Below are positions 8,796 through 17,837 of a stretch of 60,887 nucleotides of DNA, in pieces. The notes beneath the pieces are model-generated. The model had not been told where the DNA came from. It saw only the letters and a program-made list of their open reading frames with translations, and did no database searches. This DNA comes from Candidatus Limnocylindrales bacterium (GTDB lineage Bacteria > Chloroflexota > Limnocylindria > QHBO01), in NCBI GenBank assembly GCA_035540715.1, contig DATLGA010000095.1:1-60887 (forward strand), in the 5' to 3' direction. Position 1 is the first letter of the stretch. Every line of letters begins with the position of its first letter. Made by a program: the position numbers and the translations under genes.

Positions 8796-10009
8796 GCCTC
8801 ATCGCGAGATGGCGCCTCGGGCCGCTCCCCGAAGTCGAAGCGGCGGGCGGGCCGCTCCACCAGGAGCCGTGCGCGGGTGATCGCCTCGTCGCCGAAGCGC
8901 TGACGGACGAGGTCGATCGACGTCGCGAGCCGATCGCCGCGCTCGGGTGCGTCGAAGAGGGTCAGCTGTTGCGCGTCGCTCAGCGAGATCGCGGTCAGTC
9001 CGATGAGGCGCACCCCGCGCCCGGCGGCCAGCGTCCGGCGCAGCAGGGCCAGCGCCGTCTCGTACAGCGGTGTCGATTCACGCGTCTGCCGCGGGAGGGG
9101 CGACTGCCGCGTCAACGTCTCGAAGCCCTCGTAGCGCAGCTTCAGCTGCACCGCCCCGGCGGCGAGATCGTGCCGGCGCAGGCGGCTCGCGACCGACTCG
9201 GCCAGGTCGAGCAGCGTCGCCTCGAGGCGGCGGGGATCGGCCGTATCGGTGCGGAAGGTGTGCTCGTGCCCGATGCTCTTCGGCACGTGAGCCGGCTGCA
9301 CCGGCGACAGATCGATGCCCCGCGCGCGTGCCGCGAGGTCGTCTCCATGGCGGCCGAAGCGCCGATGCAACGTCTCGTCGGGCAGGGCCGCCAGCTGGCC
9401 GATGGTCGTGACGCCGTACTCGGCCAGCGCAGCCTGAGCTCGAGGGCCGACGCCCCAGAGGCGGCGAATCGGCAGCGGCGCGAGGAACGCTGCCTCGTCC
9501 CCGTCCGGTACGACCACGAGCGCGTCCGGCTTGCGCAGGTCCGAAGCAACCTTCGCGCACAGCTTGTTGCTCGCGACTCCGACGGAGACGACGAGCCCGA
9601 CCTCGTCGAGGACGCGCCCCTTGAGCGTCCGAGCGATCGCGGGTCCGTCGCCGAAGACGGCGACGCTTCCGGAGACGTCGAGAAAGGCCTCGTCGAGGCT
9701 GATCGGCTCGACGAGCGGCGTGTAGTCCGAAAAGATCGTCATGACCCGCTCGGACAGCTCGCGGTAGCGTTCCGGACGGCCCGGGAGGAAGACGCCGTCG
9801 GGGCATCGGCGGGCGGCCGTGCGGAGCGGCATGGCCGAGTGGACGCCGTACCGCCGAGCCTCGTACGACGCCGCGCTCACCACGCCTCGCTCGCCTGGCC
9901 GGCCGCCGACGATCACCGGCCTGCCGCGCAGCGACGGATCGTCGAGCACCTCGACGCTGGCATAGAAGGCGTCGAGGTCGGCGTGGATGATCGTGCGCGG
10001 CGCAGCCAT
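8792..10009 (-). CDS. dinB: DNA polymerase IV (Y-family)
   Basis: Catalytic motifs IIHADLDAFYASVE and SLDEAFLDVSG are intact. A QLTLF beta-clamp-binding motif lies near the C-terminus. Confidence 0.92.
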   Translation of the reverse strand: MAAPRTIIHADLDAFYASVEVLDDPSLRGRPVIVGGRPGERGVVSAASYEARRYGVHSAMPLRTAARRCPDGVFLPGRPERYRELSERVMTIFSDYTPLVEPISLDEAFLDVSGSVAVFGDGPAIARTLKGRVLDEVGLVVSVGVASNKLCAKVASDLRKPDALVVVPDGDEAAFLAPLPIRRLWGVGPRAQAALAEYGVTTIGQLAALPDETLHRRFGRHGDDLAARARGIDLSPVQPAHVPKSIGHEHTFRTDTADPRRLEATLLDLAESVASRLRRHDLAAGAVQLKLRYEGFETLTRQSPLPRQTRESTPLYETALALLRRTLAAGRGVRLIGLTAISLSDAQQLTLFDAPERGDRLATSIDLVRQRFGDEAITRARLLVERPARRFDFGERPEAPSRDEA

Positions 10010-10019
10010 CGGCAGCTGG

Positions 10020-11210
10020 TCAGGCGTCGAGTCTGACCGAGCCGGCGCCGCCCGGTGAGGCGAGCGAGAGAACGCGCCGCGCCTCTTCGCAGAGCGCCTC
10101 GCTCACGGCCGGGGCAGGACGGTCGAAGGGTTTGAGGGTGATCGCGACGGACCCCGCGACGCGGTCGAGCTGCCAGGTCCCGGCGACGAAGCCGTCGATG
10201 AGGAATGTCGGCCGGACGTCGGCGTTCCGGGTGAACACGGCGGACCGGTGCTCGCCGGCGATGATCCGCTGCCGGTGACGGGCGGCGTGCGACAGCAGGG
10301 CGCTGTCCCAGCGAGCGAGGAGTCGTGGAGGGGCCGGCGTCTCGGCCTGCGGGCGCGGGGCGTCAGCGAGGTCGAGGAGGGTCCGTCCGTCGTCGCCGCG
10401 GAACGCGACGACATCGGTGCCGAGGTCGGCGATCGCCTGGCGCCACACGCCGATCCCGCCGGGACCGCGCCCGACGTACGCGACCAGGTCGTCGACGCTT
10501 GCCGGGCCGAACGCCGAGAGGTAACGGCGGGCAACGTGCGCGCGTGCGGCCGCCGGGTCGATCTCAGGCGGCTCCACGCCGAGCCAGTCGGCGGCGAGCG
10601 CGTACTTCGAACGGCCGTACCCCTCGCCGTCGTGCGGCACGTGGACGAGCGGCACGAAGGCGCTGAAGTGGATCCACGACGCGCGCAGGGTCACCCGCTC
10701 GTCCGGCTCACGCCAGCTCGGCCGCGACGCCTCGGTCGCTTCGGGCCCCACCTCCGAGGCGATCAGGCGGTCCAGCTCGAGCGAGGATCGTGGCGCTTCG
10801 CGCAACGCCGCGATCGCGGTCGCGTGGGCGGCCTGCATCCTTCGGCCGAGCGTCGACGCCCTCGGATCGGCCTTGAGCAGGATCCGCCAGCGGGCCAGCC
10901 GGCCCGGCTGGCAGACGGCGAACATCGGCCACAGGTCAGTGGCCGCGACGACGTGGATCGTGTTTCGCATGAGAGAGCTGCGCACGACCGCTCGCGCTGC
11001 GAGGGCAGCGCCCAGGTCGGCGGTCTCGGCGTCGGCCGCGCGCGCGGCGAGCGCGATCGGCGGCCACTCCGGGTGCTGCGCCTGGAGGGAGCCGAGGCGC
11101 CGCACGGCATCGGCCGGAGACGCGTGGAGTGGCTCGAGGAGCCCCTGGCGCGCCAGCGTCGCTCGATTGAGCTCCCGCGCCGTCAACGGCGCCGCCGGCG
11201 CCACCGGCAC
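10020..11210 (-). CDS. winged-helix DNA glycosylase family protein (YcaQ/AlkZ, HTH_42/DUF1006)
   Basis: N-terminal ..ELNRATLARQGLLEP..AVRRLGSLQAQHP.. is typical of the family and includes a Q-x-Q motif. GTG start lies 2 nt after the lexA stop. Confidence 0.75.
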   Translation of the reverse strand: MPVAPAAPLTARELNRATLARQGLLEPLHASPADAVRRLGSLQAQHPEWPPIALAARAADAETADLGAALAARAVVRSSLMRNTIHVVAATDLWPMFAVCQPGRLARWRILLKADPRASTLGRRMQAAHATAIAALREAPRSSLELDRLIASEVGPEATEASRPSWREPDERVTLRASWIHFSAFVPLVHVPHDGEGYGRSKYALAADWLGVEPPEIDPAAARAHVARRYLSAFGPASVDDLVAYVGRGPGGIGVWRQAIADLGTDVVAFRGDDGRTLLDLADAPRPQAETPAPPRLLARWDSALLSHAARHRQRIIAGEHRSAVFTRNADVRPTFLIDGFVAGTWQLDRVAGSVAITLKPFDRPAPAVSEALCEEARRVLSLASPGGAGSVRLDA

Positions 11211-11212
11211 GG

Positions 11213-11875
11213 TCAGCCGAGCCGGCGGATGACGCCGACGACCTTGCCCTGGATCTGGACGTCGGTGGCGAAGATCGGCTCCATCTCGGCATTGGCCGGC
11301 TGGAGGCGGATCCGATCCTTCTCGCGGAAGAACCGCTTCAGCGTCACGCCGTTGTCCTCGAGCAGCGCGACCACGATGTCGCCGTCGCGCGCGGTGGCCT
11401 GGGGCTGGACGATCACGAAGTCACCGTCGTCGATGAGGTCGTCGATCATGCTCTTGCCGCGAACGCGCAGGACGTACGAGTCCTCGCGGGCTTCGATCGA
11501 GCGCGGGACGTCGAGCGTCTCGGCCGCGTCCTCGTATGCCTCGATCGGCTGGCCGGCGGCGATCTCGCCCATGACCGGAAGTGCCAGGGTCTCGCGCTCG
11601 ACGGGCATGCGGAACGGTGTGACCTTCGAGCTGTCCGCCGGGCGCGACATCGGCTCTCGCGGCGCGGTCACGCGAAGCGCCCGCGAGTGCTTGCCGCCGC
11701 GCTCCAGCAGGCCGTCCTTCTCGAGCGCCAGCAGGTGGTGGTGAACCGCGCTGGTCGAGGCGAGACCAACGGCATCAGCGATCTCGCGAACCGACGGCGG
11801 ATACCCGCGCTCTTCGACGGTGCGAACGATGCAGTCAAGGATCCGCTGCCGTCGCTCCACGTCGTGTCTGGTCAA
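11213..11875 (-). CDS. lexA: LexA repressor
   Basis: Start moved to TTG 11875, 5 nt after GGAGGG, giving 220 aa. N-terminal wHTH ..RQRILDCIVRTVEERGYPPSVREIADAVGL.STSAVHHHLLALEKDGLL... C-terminal S24 peptidase with ..RVRGKSMIDD.. and the Lys region ..VTLKRF.. Confidence 0.92.
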   Translation of the reverse strand: MTRHDVERRQRILDCIVRTVEERGYPPSVREIADAVGLASTSAVHHHLLALEKDGLLERGGKHSRALRVTAPREPMSRPADSSKVTPFRMPVERETLALPVMGEIAAGQPIEAYEDAAETLDVPRSIEAREDSYVLRVRGKSMIDDLIDDGDFVIVQPQATARDGDIVVALLEDNGVTLKRFFREKDRIRLQPANAEMEPIFATDVQIQGKVVGVIRRLG

Positions 11876-11907
11876 GAGTCCCTCCGCTGGGCGTGCGTGT
11901 GACAGGC

Positions 11908-11937
11908 ACGCTAGCAGAACGCATGTTCTAATGTCAA
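11908..11937 (-). promoter_or_regulatory. lexA promoter with embedded LexA operator (AGAACgcatGTTCT, 11916..11929)
   Basis: Minus strand reads TTGACA - 18 nt - TAGCGT, with a GAAC-N4-GTTC palindrome in the spacer. This is the same architecture as the promoter at 8766..8795. Confidence 0.75.
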
Positions 11938-11997
11938 ACCGACCCCCACACGCTGGTATCATGGTCCGCCCGCATTTCCCGGATCCCTGGAGGCCGT

Positions 11998-12486
11998 GTG
12001 AACCTGTCGAACCGGTGGCGCTACCTGCGCCTCGCCCGCCTCGTCGTCCGCCTGCCGATGTACGCGCGGATGGTGTGGGGGATCATGCGCGACCCACGGA
12101 CTCCGATCGGCCTCAAGGCGATCATGGCGGCGGCTCTCGCGTACGTGGTCATGCCGGTCGACCTCATCCCGGACGCGATCCCGATCATCGGCCAGGCCGA
12201 CGACCTGACGGTCCTGTTGCTGACGCTCGACCTGTTCATCCACAACGCGCCGCCCGAGGTCCGGCTCGAGCACTCGCTGCGGGCCCGAAACGGCACCGCG
12301 GACCTCGACCGCGACCTGGCGCGGCTCCGCCTCCTCATGGGCGACCGATTCGACCGGATCGCGGACGACCTGCCGGAGCTGCTGGACCGATACGGCCGCC
12401 TCCGCAACGCCGATGAACTCAGGCACGCACTGGCCGCGCTTCGGCGCCGCCGGGCGATGCAACCTCAGCCGAAGGAGCTCGAATGA
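11998..12486 (+). CDS. DUF1232 (YkvA-like) membrane protein
   Basis: ..AYVVMPVDLIPDAIPIIGQADDLTVLLL.. is the DUF1232 signature. The stop overlaps the rplI ATG as ATGA. Confidence 0.7.
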   Translation: MNLSNRWRYLRLARLVVRLPMYARMVWGIMRDPRTPIGLKAIMAAALAYVVMPVDLIPDAIPIIGQADDLTVLLLTLDLFIHNAPPEVRLEHSLRARNGTADLDRDLARLRLLMGDRFDRIADDLPELLDRYGRLRNADELRHALAALRRRRAMQPQPKELE

Positions 12487-12932
12487 AGGTCATTCTCAAG
12501 CGTGACGTGAAGGGCCTCGGTCGCGACGGCGACCTCAAGGAGGTCAAGGGCGGCTACGCGCGCAACTTCCTCCTGCCCAGTGGTGCGGCCGTGATCGCCG
12601 ACAAGGGCGCAGTCGCCAACTGGGAGCGGCACCGCGACCAGCGCGAGGAGCGAGATCGCGCGCAGCGAGCCGACGCCGAGGCCACCGCGGAGAAGCTGCG
12701 CGAGCTCAAGCTCGAGATCCCGGTCAAGGCCGGCGAGCGCGGCCGCCTGTTCGGCGCCGTGACCAGCCATCAGGTGGCCGAGGCGATCAACCGTTCGGGC
12801 ATCGAGATCGACCGCCATGACCTCCACCTCCGTGAGCCGATCAAGGCACTCGGCGAGCACAAGGTCGACGTCCGGCTCATGCCCGGTGTCGAATCGGTCG
12901 TCACCGTCAGCGTGGTCGCCGCCGAGGCCTGA
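12483..12932 (+). CDS. rplI: 50S ribosomal protein L9
   Basis: MKVILKRDVKGLGRDGDLKEVKGGYARNFLLP.. is the canonical L9 N-terminus. 149 aa. Confidence 0.95.
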   Translation: MKVILKRDVKGLGRDGDLKEVKGGYARNFLLPSGAAVIADKGAVANWERHRDQREERDRAQRADAEATAEKLRELKLEIPVKAGERGRLFGAVTSHQVAEAINRSGIEIDRHDLHLREPIKALGEHKVDVRLMPGVESVVTVSVVAAEA

Positions 12933-13493
12933 CGTCCGGTGCCATGGCTCTGCGCCGATGGATCAGGTCGGGTGACACGCGAGGCCGCCGTCCCGCGCTG
13001 ACTGACCGACAGATCGGGTAGCACGTCACCGGAGTCGACGGGCTCAACGCCGGGGTGCGTTGGGGTGCCCGATTCATGAGGCAGGGCGCCACTCACCCGG
13101 ACGTCATGCGCTGCCAGGCCCGATCCATCGGCAGGAATGACCCCCTTGGCGCCACAATCCGACCATGGATGCACGGGACGCCGGGACCCACCGGTCGCGA
13201 CGCCCTTCACGCAACGCGACGCCTGAGCTGTCGCGAGGCCGACCGGTAATCGCCTGGTAAGCCGGACCGGGTAGGGTCGGCATCGGTCTATCCACAGGGG
13301 GGCCGGCCGGGTGTGGACAGCGTTCGTTGATAAGCCGGTTGAGAGCATCGGGAGGTTCGGCCACGATGAGGGTGCGCCCGGTGCTCGACGGTCCACAGCC
13401 ACTCGGATCGGCCGGGCGCTCACCCTGTCCCGAGAGAGGAGCCCGCTCCGCCGTGCCCATCGGCCTTCAAGCGCGCATGCGAAGAGAGCGCGC

Positions 13494-14840
13494 GTGAGCA
13501 TCGACAAGCTCGCACCGCAGGCGGTCGAGGCGGAGCAGAGCGTGCTCGGCTCGATCCTCATCGACGGCGACGCCATCCTGCGAGTCGGCGACTTCCTCAA
13601 GCCGGCCGACTTCTATCGGGCGCAGCACGCGGACATCTACGAGGCGATGCTCGCCCTCCACGGGCAGCGGGAGCCGATCGACCTCGTCACCCTCGGGGAC
13701 GAGCTGAAGCGGCGCGACCGGCTCGAGGCCGTGGGTGGGCCCGCGTATCTCGCCTCGCTCATGAACGCGGTCCCGACCGCGGTGCACGCCGAACACTACG
13801 GCCGGATCGTCGAGCGCAAGGCGGTGCTGCGGAACCTGATCGGCGCCGCGGGAAAGATCGCGGCGGTCGGGTACGAGGAGGCGAATGACGCGGAGGTCGC
13901 GATCGACCGGGCCGAGTCGATCCTGTTCGAGATCAGCCAGCGTCGCACCGACGGCGGGTTCGAGGCGCTCTCGATCCTGCTCGGCCAGGCGTACGACCGG
14001 CTCGAGTATCTCCACGAGCACCGCGGCCAGATCATCGGTGTGCCGACCGGCCTGGCGCAGCTCGACGCGCTGCTCGGCGGGTTCCAGCCGTCGGATCTGG
14101 TCATCCTGGCGGCCCGACCGTCGGTGGGGAAGACGAGCCTGGCGCTCAACGTGGCGCAGCACGCGGCCGTACGCGAGAACAAGAAGGTCGCCGTCTTCAG
14201 CCTCGAGATGAGCAAGGAGCAGCTCGCCCTGCGGCTGCTGTCGGCGGAGTCCGGCATCAACCCGCGTCCCCTGCAGACCGGCTTCGTCGACGAGACGGAC
14301 TGGAGCAAGATCGCCACGGTCATGAACGACATGGCCACCGCGCCGATGTGGATCGACGACTCGCCGGCGCTGTCGGTCATGGAGCTGCGCACGAAGGCCC
14401 GACGGCTCGAGGCGGAGCAGCACGGCCTCGACCTGCTCATCGTCGACTACCTCCAGCTCATGCAGGCGTCGACGCCGAACAAGGACGCCAACCGCGTCCA
14501 GGAGGTGAGCGAGATCAGCCGCGGGCTCAAGCAGCTGGCCCGCGAGCTCAAGGTGCCCGTCGTCGCGCTGTCCCAGCTTTCCCGAGGCGTGGAGCAGCGC
14601 GGCACCGCCGAGCCACGCCTCTCCGACCTTCGTGAGAGCGGCAGCATCGAGCAGGATGCCGACGTGGTCATCTTCCTCTACCGCGACGGCGAGCAGAACC
14701 CCGATGCCGAGGTGGAGCTCGTCAAGGCGAAGGTGGCGAAGCACCGCAACGGCCCGATCGGCGAAGTTCCGCTGCAGTTCCGCAAGGCCAACACGCGCTT
14801 CTACACGGTCGCGGCTCGGGAGGAGATCGCCGCCTACTGA
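13494..14840 (+). CDS. dnaB: replicative DNA helicase
   Basis: Start moved to GTG 13494 (VSIDKLAPQAVEAEQSVLGSIL..), giving 448 aa. Walker A ARPSVGKTS. DnaB motifs ..IVDYLQLM.., ..SQLSR.., ..RESGSIEQDAD... The track extension back to 13311 loses third-position GC bias. Confidence 0.92.
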   Translation: MSIDKLAPQAVEAEQSVLGSILIDGDAILRVGDFLKPADFYRAQHADIYEAMLALHGQREPIDLVTLGDELKRRDRLEAVGGPAYLASLMNAVPTAVHAEHYGRIVERKAVLRNLIGAAGKIAAVGYEEANDAEVAIDRAESILFEISQRRTDGGFEALSILLGQAYDRLEYLHEHRGQIIGVPTGLAQLDALLGGFQPSDLVILAARPSVGKTSLALNVAQHAAVRENKKVAVFSLEMSKEQLALRLLSAESGINPRPLQTGFVDETDWSKIATVMNDMATAPMWIDDSPALSVMELRTKARRLEAEQHGLDLLIVDYLQLMQASTPNKDANRVQEVSEISRGLKQLARELKVPVVALSQLSRGVEQRGTAEPRLSDLRESGSIEQDADVVIFLYRDGEQNPDAEVELVKAKVAKHRNGPIGEVPLQFRKANTRFYTVAAREEIAAY

Positions 14841-15039
14841 TCCGCGAGCGAGCGAGCGGTCGGACGAGAACTCAACAGGCTTGAGTGCGAGGTGTACACT
14901 CGGGCGCCAGAACGACCGGCCCATAGCGTCTGCCCCGAGCTCGCTCGATCCGCGCCCTGAATCGCACGCAGATCCGGCTCCTCACAGACGGCCACGTCCA
15001 ATCCGGGCCGGGCGTGCGAGACAGGAGGCACTGGGAAGG

Positions 15040-15348
15040 GTGTACGCCGACAAGACCATCCGCTGTCGCGACTGCGGGATGGACTTCGTCTTCTCCGCCG
15101 GCGAGCAGGAGTTCTACGCCAGCAAGGGGCTCGTGAACGAGCCGCAGCGCTGCCAGAGCTGCCGTGCCATCGCCAAGCAGAACCGCGCGCTGGGGATCAG
15201 CACCGGAGGGGGAGGCAACGGTCAGCGGGAGATGCATGCGGCGGTCTGCGCCGAGTGCGGAGGGCAGGCCCTCGTTCCGTTCCTGCCGCGCAATGACCGA
15301 CCGGTCTATTGCTCGAATTGCTTCGACAAGGTGCGGGCGCGCGGCTGA
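15040..15348 (+). CDS. zinc-ribbon protein (CxxC-x17-CxxC type)
   Basis: Real part of track ORF 14632..15348: VYADKTIRCRDCG..FVFSAGEQEFYASKGL..PQRCQSC... then CAECGGQALVPFLPRNDRPVYCSNC. The start (GTG 15040) is uncertain. Confidence 0.65.
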   Translation: MYADKTIRCRDCGMDFVFSAGEQEFYASKGLVNEPQRCQSCRAIAKQNRALGISTGGGGNGQREMHAAVCAECGGQALVPFLPRNDRPVYCSNCFDKVRARG

Positions 15349-15376
15349 TCGTGCTCGTCGCCTGACCACCGATGCG

Positions 15377-15401
15377 AACGCCGCCCCGCCAGGGCGGCGT
15401 T
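15377..15401 (+). terminator. hairpin terminator after the zinc-ribbon gene
   Basis: aacgccgccc-cgcca-gggcggcgtt (10-bp stem) followed by TT. Confidence 0.55.
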
Positions 15402-15477
15402 TCGACGTTCGGCGAGCCGAACTGCGGGGCGGTACGATGGAGCCCTCCCCGCATCACGAGGTCCTCGTCGCCGCGCC

Positions 15478-16785
15478 ATGTCCGTCATCGCCGTCGTGGG
15501 CGCCCAGTGGGGCGACGAGGGGAAGGGTCGCGTCGTCGACTATCTCGCGACCGATGCGGACCTCGTCATCCGCTATGGCGGCGGCAACAACGCGGGCCAC
15601 ACGGTGGTCAACCCGCACGGGCACTTCAAGCTCCACCTGATCCCGTCGGGCATCTTCCATCCGCGCACCCGCAACCTGCTCGGCAACGGGGTGGTCATCA
15701 ACCCACCGGCCCTGGTCGGCGAGCTCGATGGGCTCAACGCGGCGGGATTCGAGTGCTCGAACCTGTTCATCAGCGACCGCGCGCACCTCGTCATGCCGTA
15801 TCACGTGCTCCTCGATCAGCTGGAGGAGCGCGAACGCGGCGCCGCGAAGCTGGGGACCACCTCGCGCGGCATCGGCCCAGCCTACGTCGACAAGGTCGCG
15901 CGCCGCGGGATCCGCGTCGTCGACCTCATGGAGCCCGAGGTCTTCCGCGAGCGTCTCGCCGCCACGCTGCCACGCATCCGCCGGCTTGCCGCCGGGTACG
16001 GCGACGAGGAGATGGACGATGCGATCGCCGAGGCGACAAACGCGGACGCCATCGCCGGCGCATACCTCGCCGCCGGTGAGCGGCTCCGTCCCCATGTCGT
16101 CGACGGCCAGGCGATGGTGGACGAGGCGCTCGAGCGCGGCGAGCGGATTCTGCTGGAGGGGCAGCTCGGGACGATGCGCGACATCGACTGGGGCATCTAT
16201 CCGTACGTGACCAGCTCGTCGCCGATCCCGGGCGGGGCAAGCCTCGGCGCCGGCCTGCCGGCGGTCGCGGTCGACCGCGTCCTCGGCGTGGTGAAGGCGT
16301 ACACCACCGCGGTCGGAGCCGGACCGCTTCCGACGGAGCTCGACGACGCGGACGGCGAGGCGCTGCGCGAACAGGGGGCGGAGTACGGGACCTCCACGGG
16401 ACGGGCTCGCCGCTGCGGCTGGTACGACGCGGTGGCCGTGCGGTTCAGCGTCCGGCTGGCCGGGTACTCGAGCGTCGCGCTGACGAAGCTCGACGTCCTC
16501 GACCGGTTCGATCGCATCCGCCTCGCGACCGCCTACCGCGATCCGGCCGACGGGCGTGAGTGGACGACGGTGCCGGCGTCGACGTCGGTCTACGAGCGGC
16601 TCGAGCCGGTGTACGAGGACCTGCCCGGCTGGCGGACCGACACGACCGCGGCACGCTCCTGGCAGGAGCTGCCGGCCGAGGCGCGGACGTACGTCGAGCG
16701 CCTGGAGGCCTTGGCCGGCGTGCCGATCAGCCACGTGAGCGTCGGCCCGGAGCGCGAGCAGATGATCGTCCGGAACGAGAGGTGA
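15478..16785 (+). CDS. purA: adenylosuccinate synthase
   Basis: MSVIAVVGAQWGDEGKGRVVDYL.. P-loop and full-length similarity. 435 aa. Confidence 0.95.
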   Translation: MSVIAVVGAQWGDEGKGRVVDYLATDADLVIRYGGGNNAGHTVVNPHGHFKLHLIPSGIFHPRTRNLLGNGVVINPPALVGELDGLNAAGFECSNLFISDRAHLVMPYHVLLDQLEERERGAAKLGTTSRGIGPAYVDKVARRGIRVVDLMEPEVFRERLAATLPRIRRLAAGYGDEEMDDAIAEATNADAIAGAYLAAGERLRPHVVDGQAMVDEALERGERILLEGQLGTMRDIDWGIYPYVTSSSPIPGGASLGAGLPAVAVDRVLGVVKAYTTAVGAGPLPTELDDADGEALREQGAEYGTSTGRARRCGWYDAVAVRFSVRLAGYSSVALTKLDVLDRFDRIRLATAYRDPADGREWTTVPASTSVYERLEPVYEDLPGWRTDTTAARSWQELPAEARTYVERLEALAGVPISHVSVGPEREQMIVRNER

Positions 16786-16789
16786 GCCG

Positions 16790-17689
16790 ATGAAGCTGGG
16801 CGTGATCGTCCCGCAGGGATGGACCGGCGAGTACGACGGCTGGGAGCCGGAGCGGGCATGGGCGCGCACCGTCGCGGTCGCGCAGCAGGCGGAGCGCATC
16901 GGGGCCGAGTCGATCTGGCTGTTCGACCACCTCCATACGGTGCCCAAGCCGACCGACGAGATCACGTTCGAGTCGTTCACCACACTGGCCGCCCTGGCGC
17001 CGCTGACCGAGCGGGTGCGGCTGGGGCACATCGTCCTGTGCAACGGGTTTCGCAATCCGGCGCTCGTCGCCAAGATGGCCGCCACGCTCGACACCATCAG
17101 CGGTGGCCGGTTCGAGCTGGGCATCGGCGCGGGGTGGAAGCGCGACGAGTGGCTTGCCTACGGCTACGGCTTTCCCGAGACGCGCGAGCGGCTGGCGATG
17201 CTCCACGACGCGCTGGAGGTGGTCGGCCGGATGCTCGAGGGCGGCCCCGAGGTCCACGCCACGTACGAGGGCGACCACCACACGGTCCGTGGGGCACGCA
17301 ACGTCCCCAAGCCGGTCCAGCCCACCGGCATGCCGATCATGGTCGGCGGGAACGGTCCGAACGTGACCTGGCGGCTCGCCGCGCGCTATGCCGACGAGCT
17401 CAACCTCGACGGACTCTCGCCGGACGAGGTCCGCGACGCGCTGCCGACCATCCGCGCACGCTGCGAGGAGATCGGCCGAGATCCGGCATCGCTCGCCGTA
17501 TCGGTGCACGTGTGGTGGGGCACGCCGGAGTGGTCCCGCACCGGCGCGGCACGACAGGAGCTGCTCGCCGCCTACGGCGAGCTCGGCGTGGCGCGGGTGA
17601 TGGGTCTGCTGCGGGCATCGGCGGATTCCGATGCTGCACTCGAGGAGCTCGCCACGGACGCGCGAGAAGCGGACGTCGAGCTCGCCTGA
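16790..17689 (+). CDS. luciferase-like monooxygenase family oxidoreductase (probably F420-dependent LLM class)
   Basis: MKLGVIVPQGW...AQQAERIGAESIWLFDHL...LGIGAGW.. is typical of the LLM family. Confidence 0.75.
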   Translation: MKLGVIVPQGWTGEYDGWEPERAWARTVAVAQQAERIGAESIWLFDHLHTVPKPTDEITFESFTTLAALAPLTERVRLGHIVLCNGFRNPALVAKMAATLDTISGGRFELGIGAGWKRDEWLAYGYGFPETRERLAMLHDALEVVGRMLEGGPEVHATYEGDHHTVRGARNVPKPVQPTGMPIMVGGNGPNVTWRLAARYADELNLDGLSPDEVRDALPTIRARCEEIGRDPASLAVSVHVWWGTPEWSRTGAARQELLAAYGELGVARVMGLLRASADSDAALEELATDAREADVELA

Positions 17690-17837
17690 CAGGGGCATGC
17701 TCGACTCGAACGTCGGCGGTCGCGGCGAGGGGGAAGGCAGCGAACGCGGGACCATCGGCCCATTCGGCAGCCTTGACGCTCACGGCTAGACTGCATCCTC
17801 CGTTGACAGCAGGCACCCGAACCAGCAGCAGGGACGC

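Noticed and set aside
13311-13493. 61-codon N-terminal extension of dnaB given by the track.
   Set aside because: Third-codon-position GC drops sharply. The peptide (MWTAFVDKPVESIGRFGHDEGAPG..) has no DnaB similarity. A GTG at 13494 gives the canonical ..AVEAEQSVLGSIL.. N-terminus at normal length.
12933-13493. Possible RNase P RNA, tmRNA, SRP RNA or cobalamin riboswitch in the long rplI-dnaB spacer.
   Set aside because: I found only partial look-alikes: GATAAGCCGG versus the P4 strand, and AGCCACTCGG versus the B12 box. The obligatory blocks are absent on both strands (GAGGAAAGTCCGGGC for RNase P, the tRNA-like GGGG...TCCACCA ends for tmRNA, the GNAR tetraloop helix for SRP). The identity of the region is left open (see the finding on 12933-13493).
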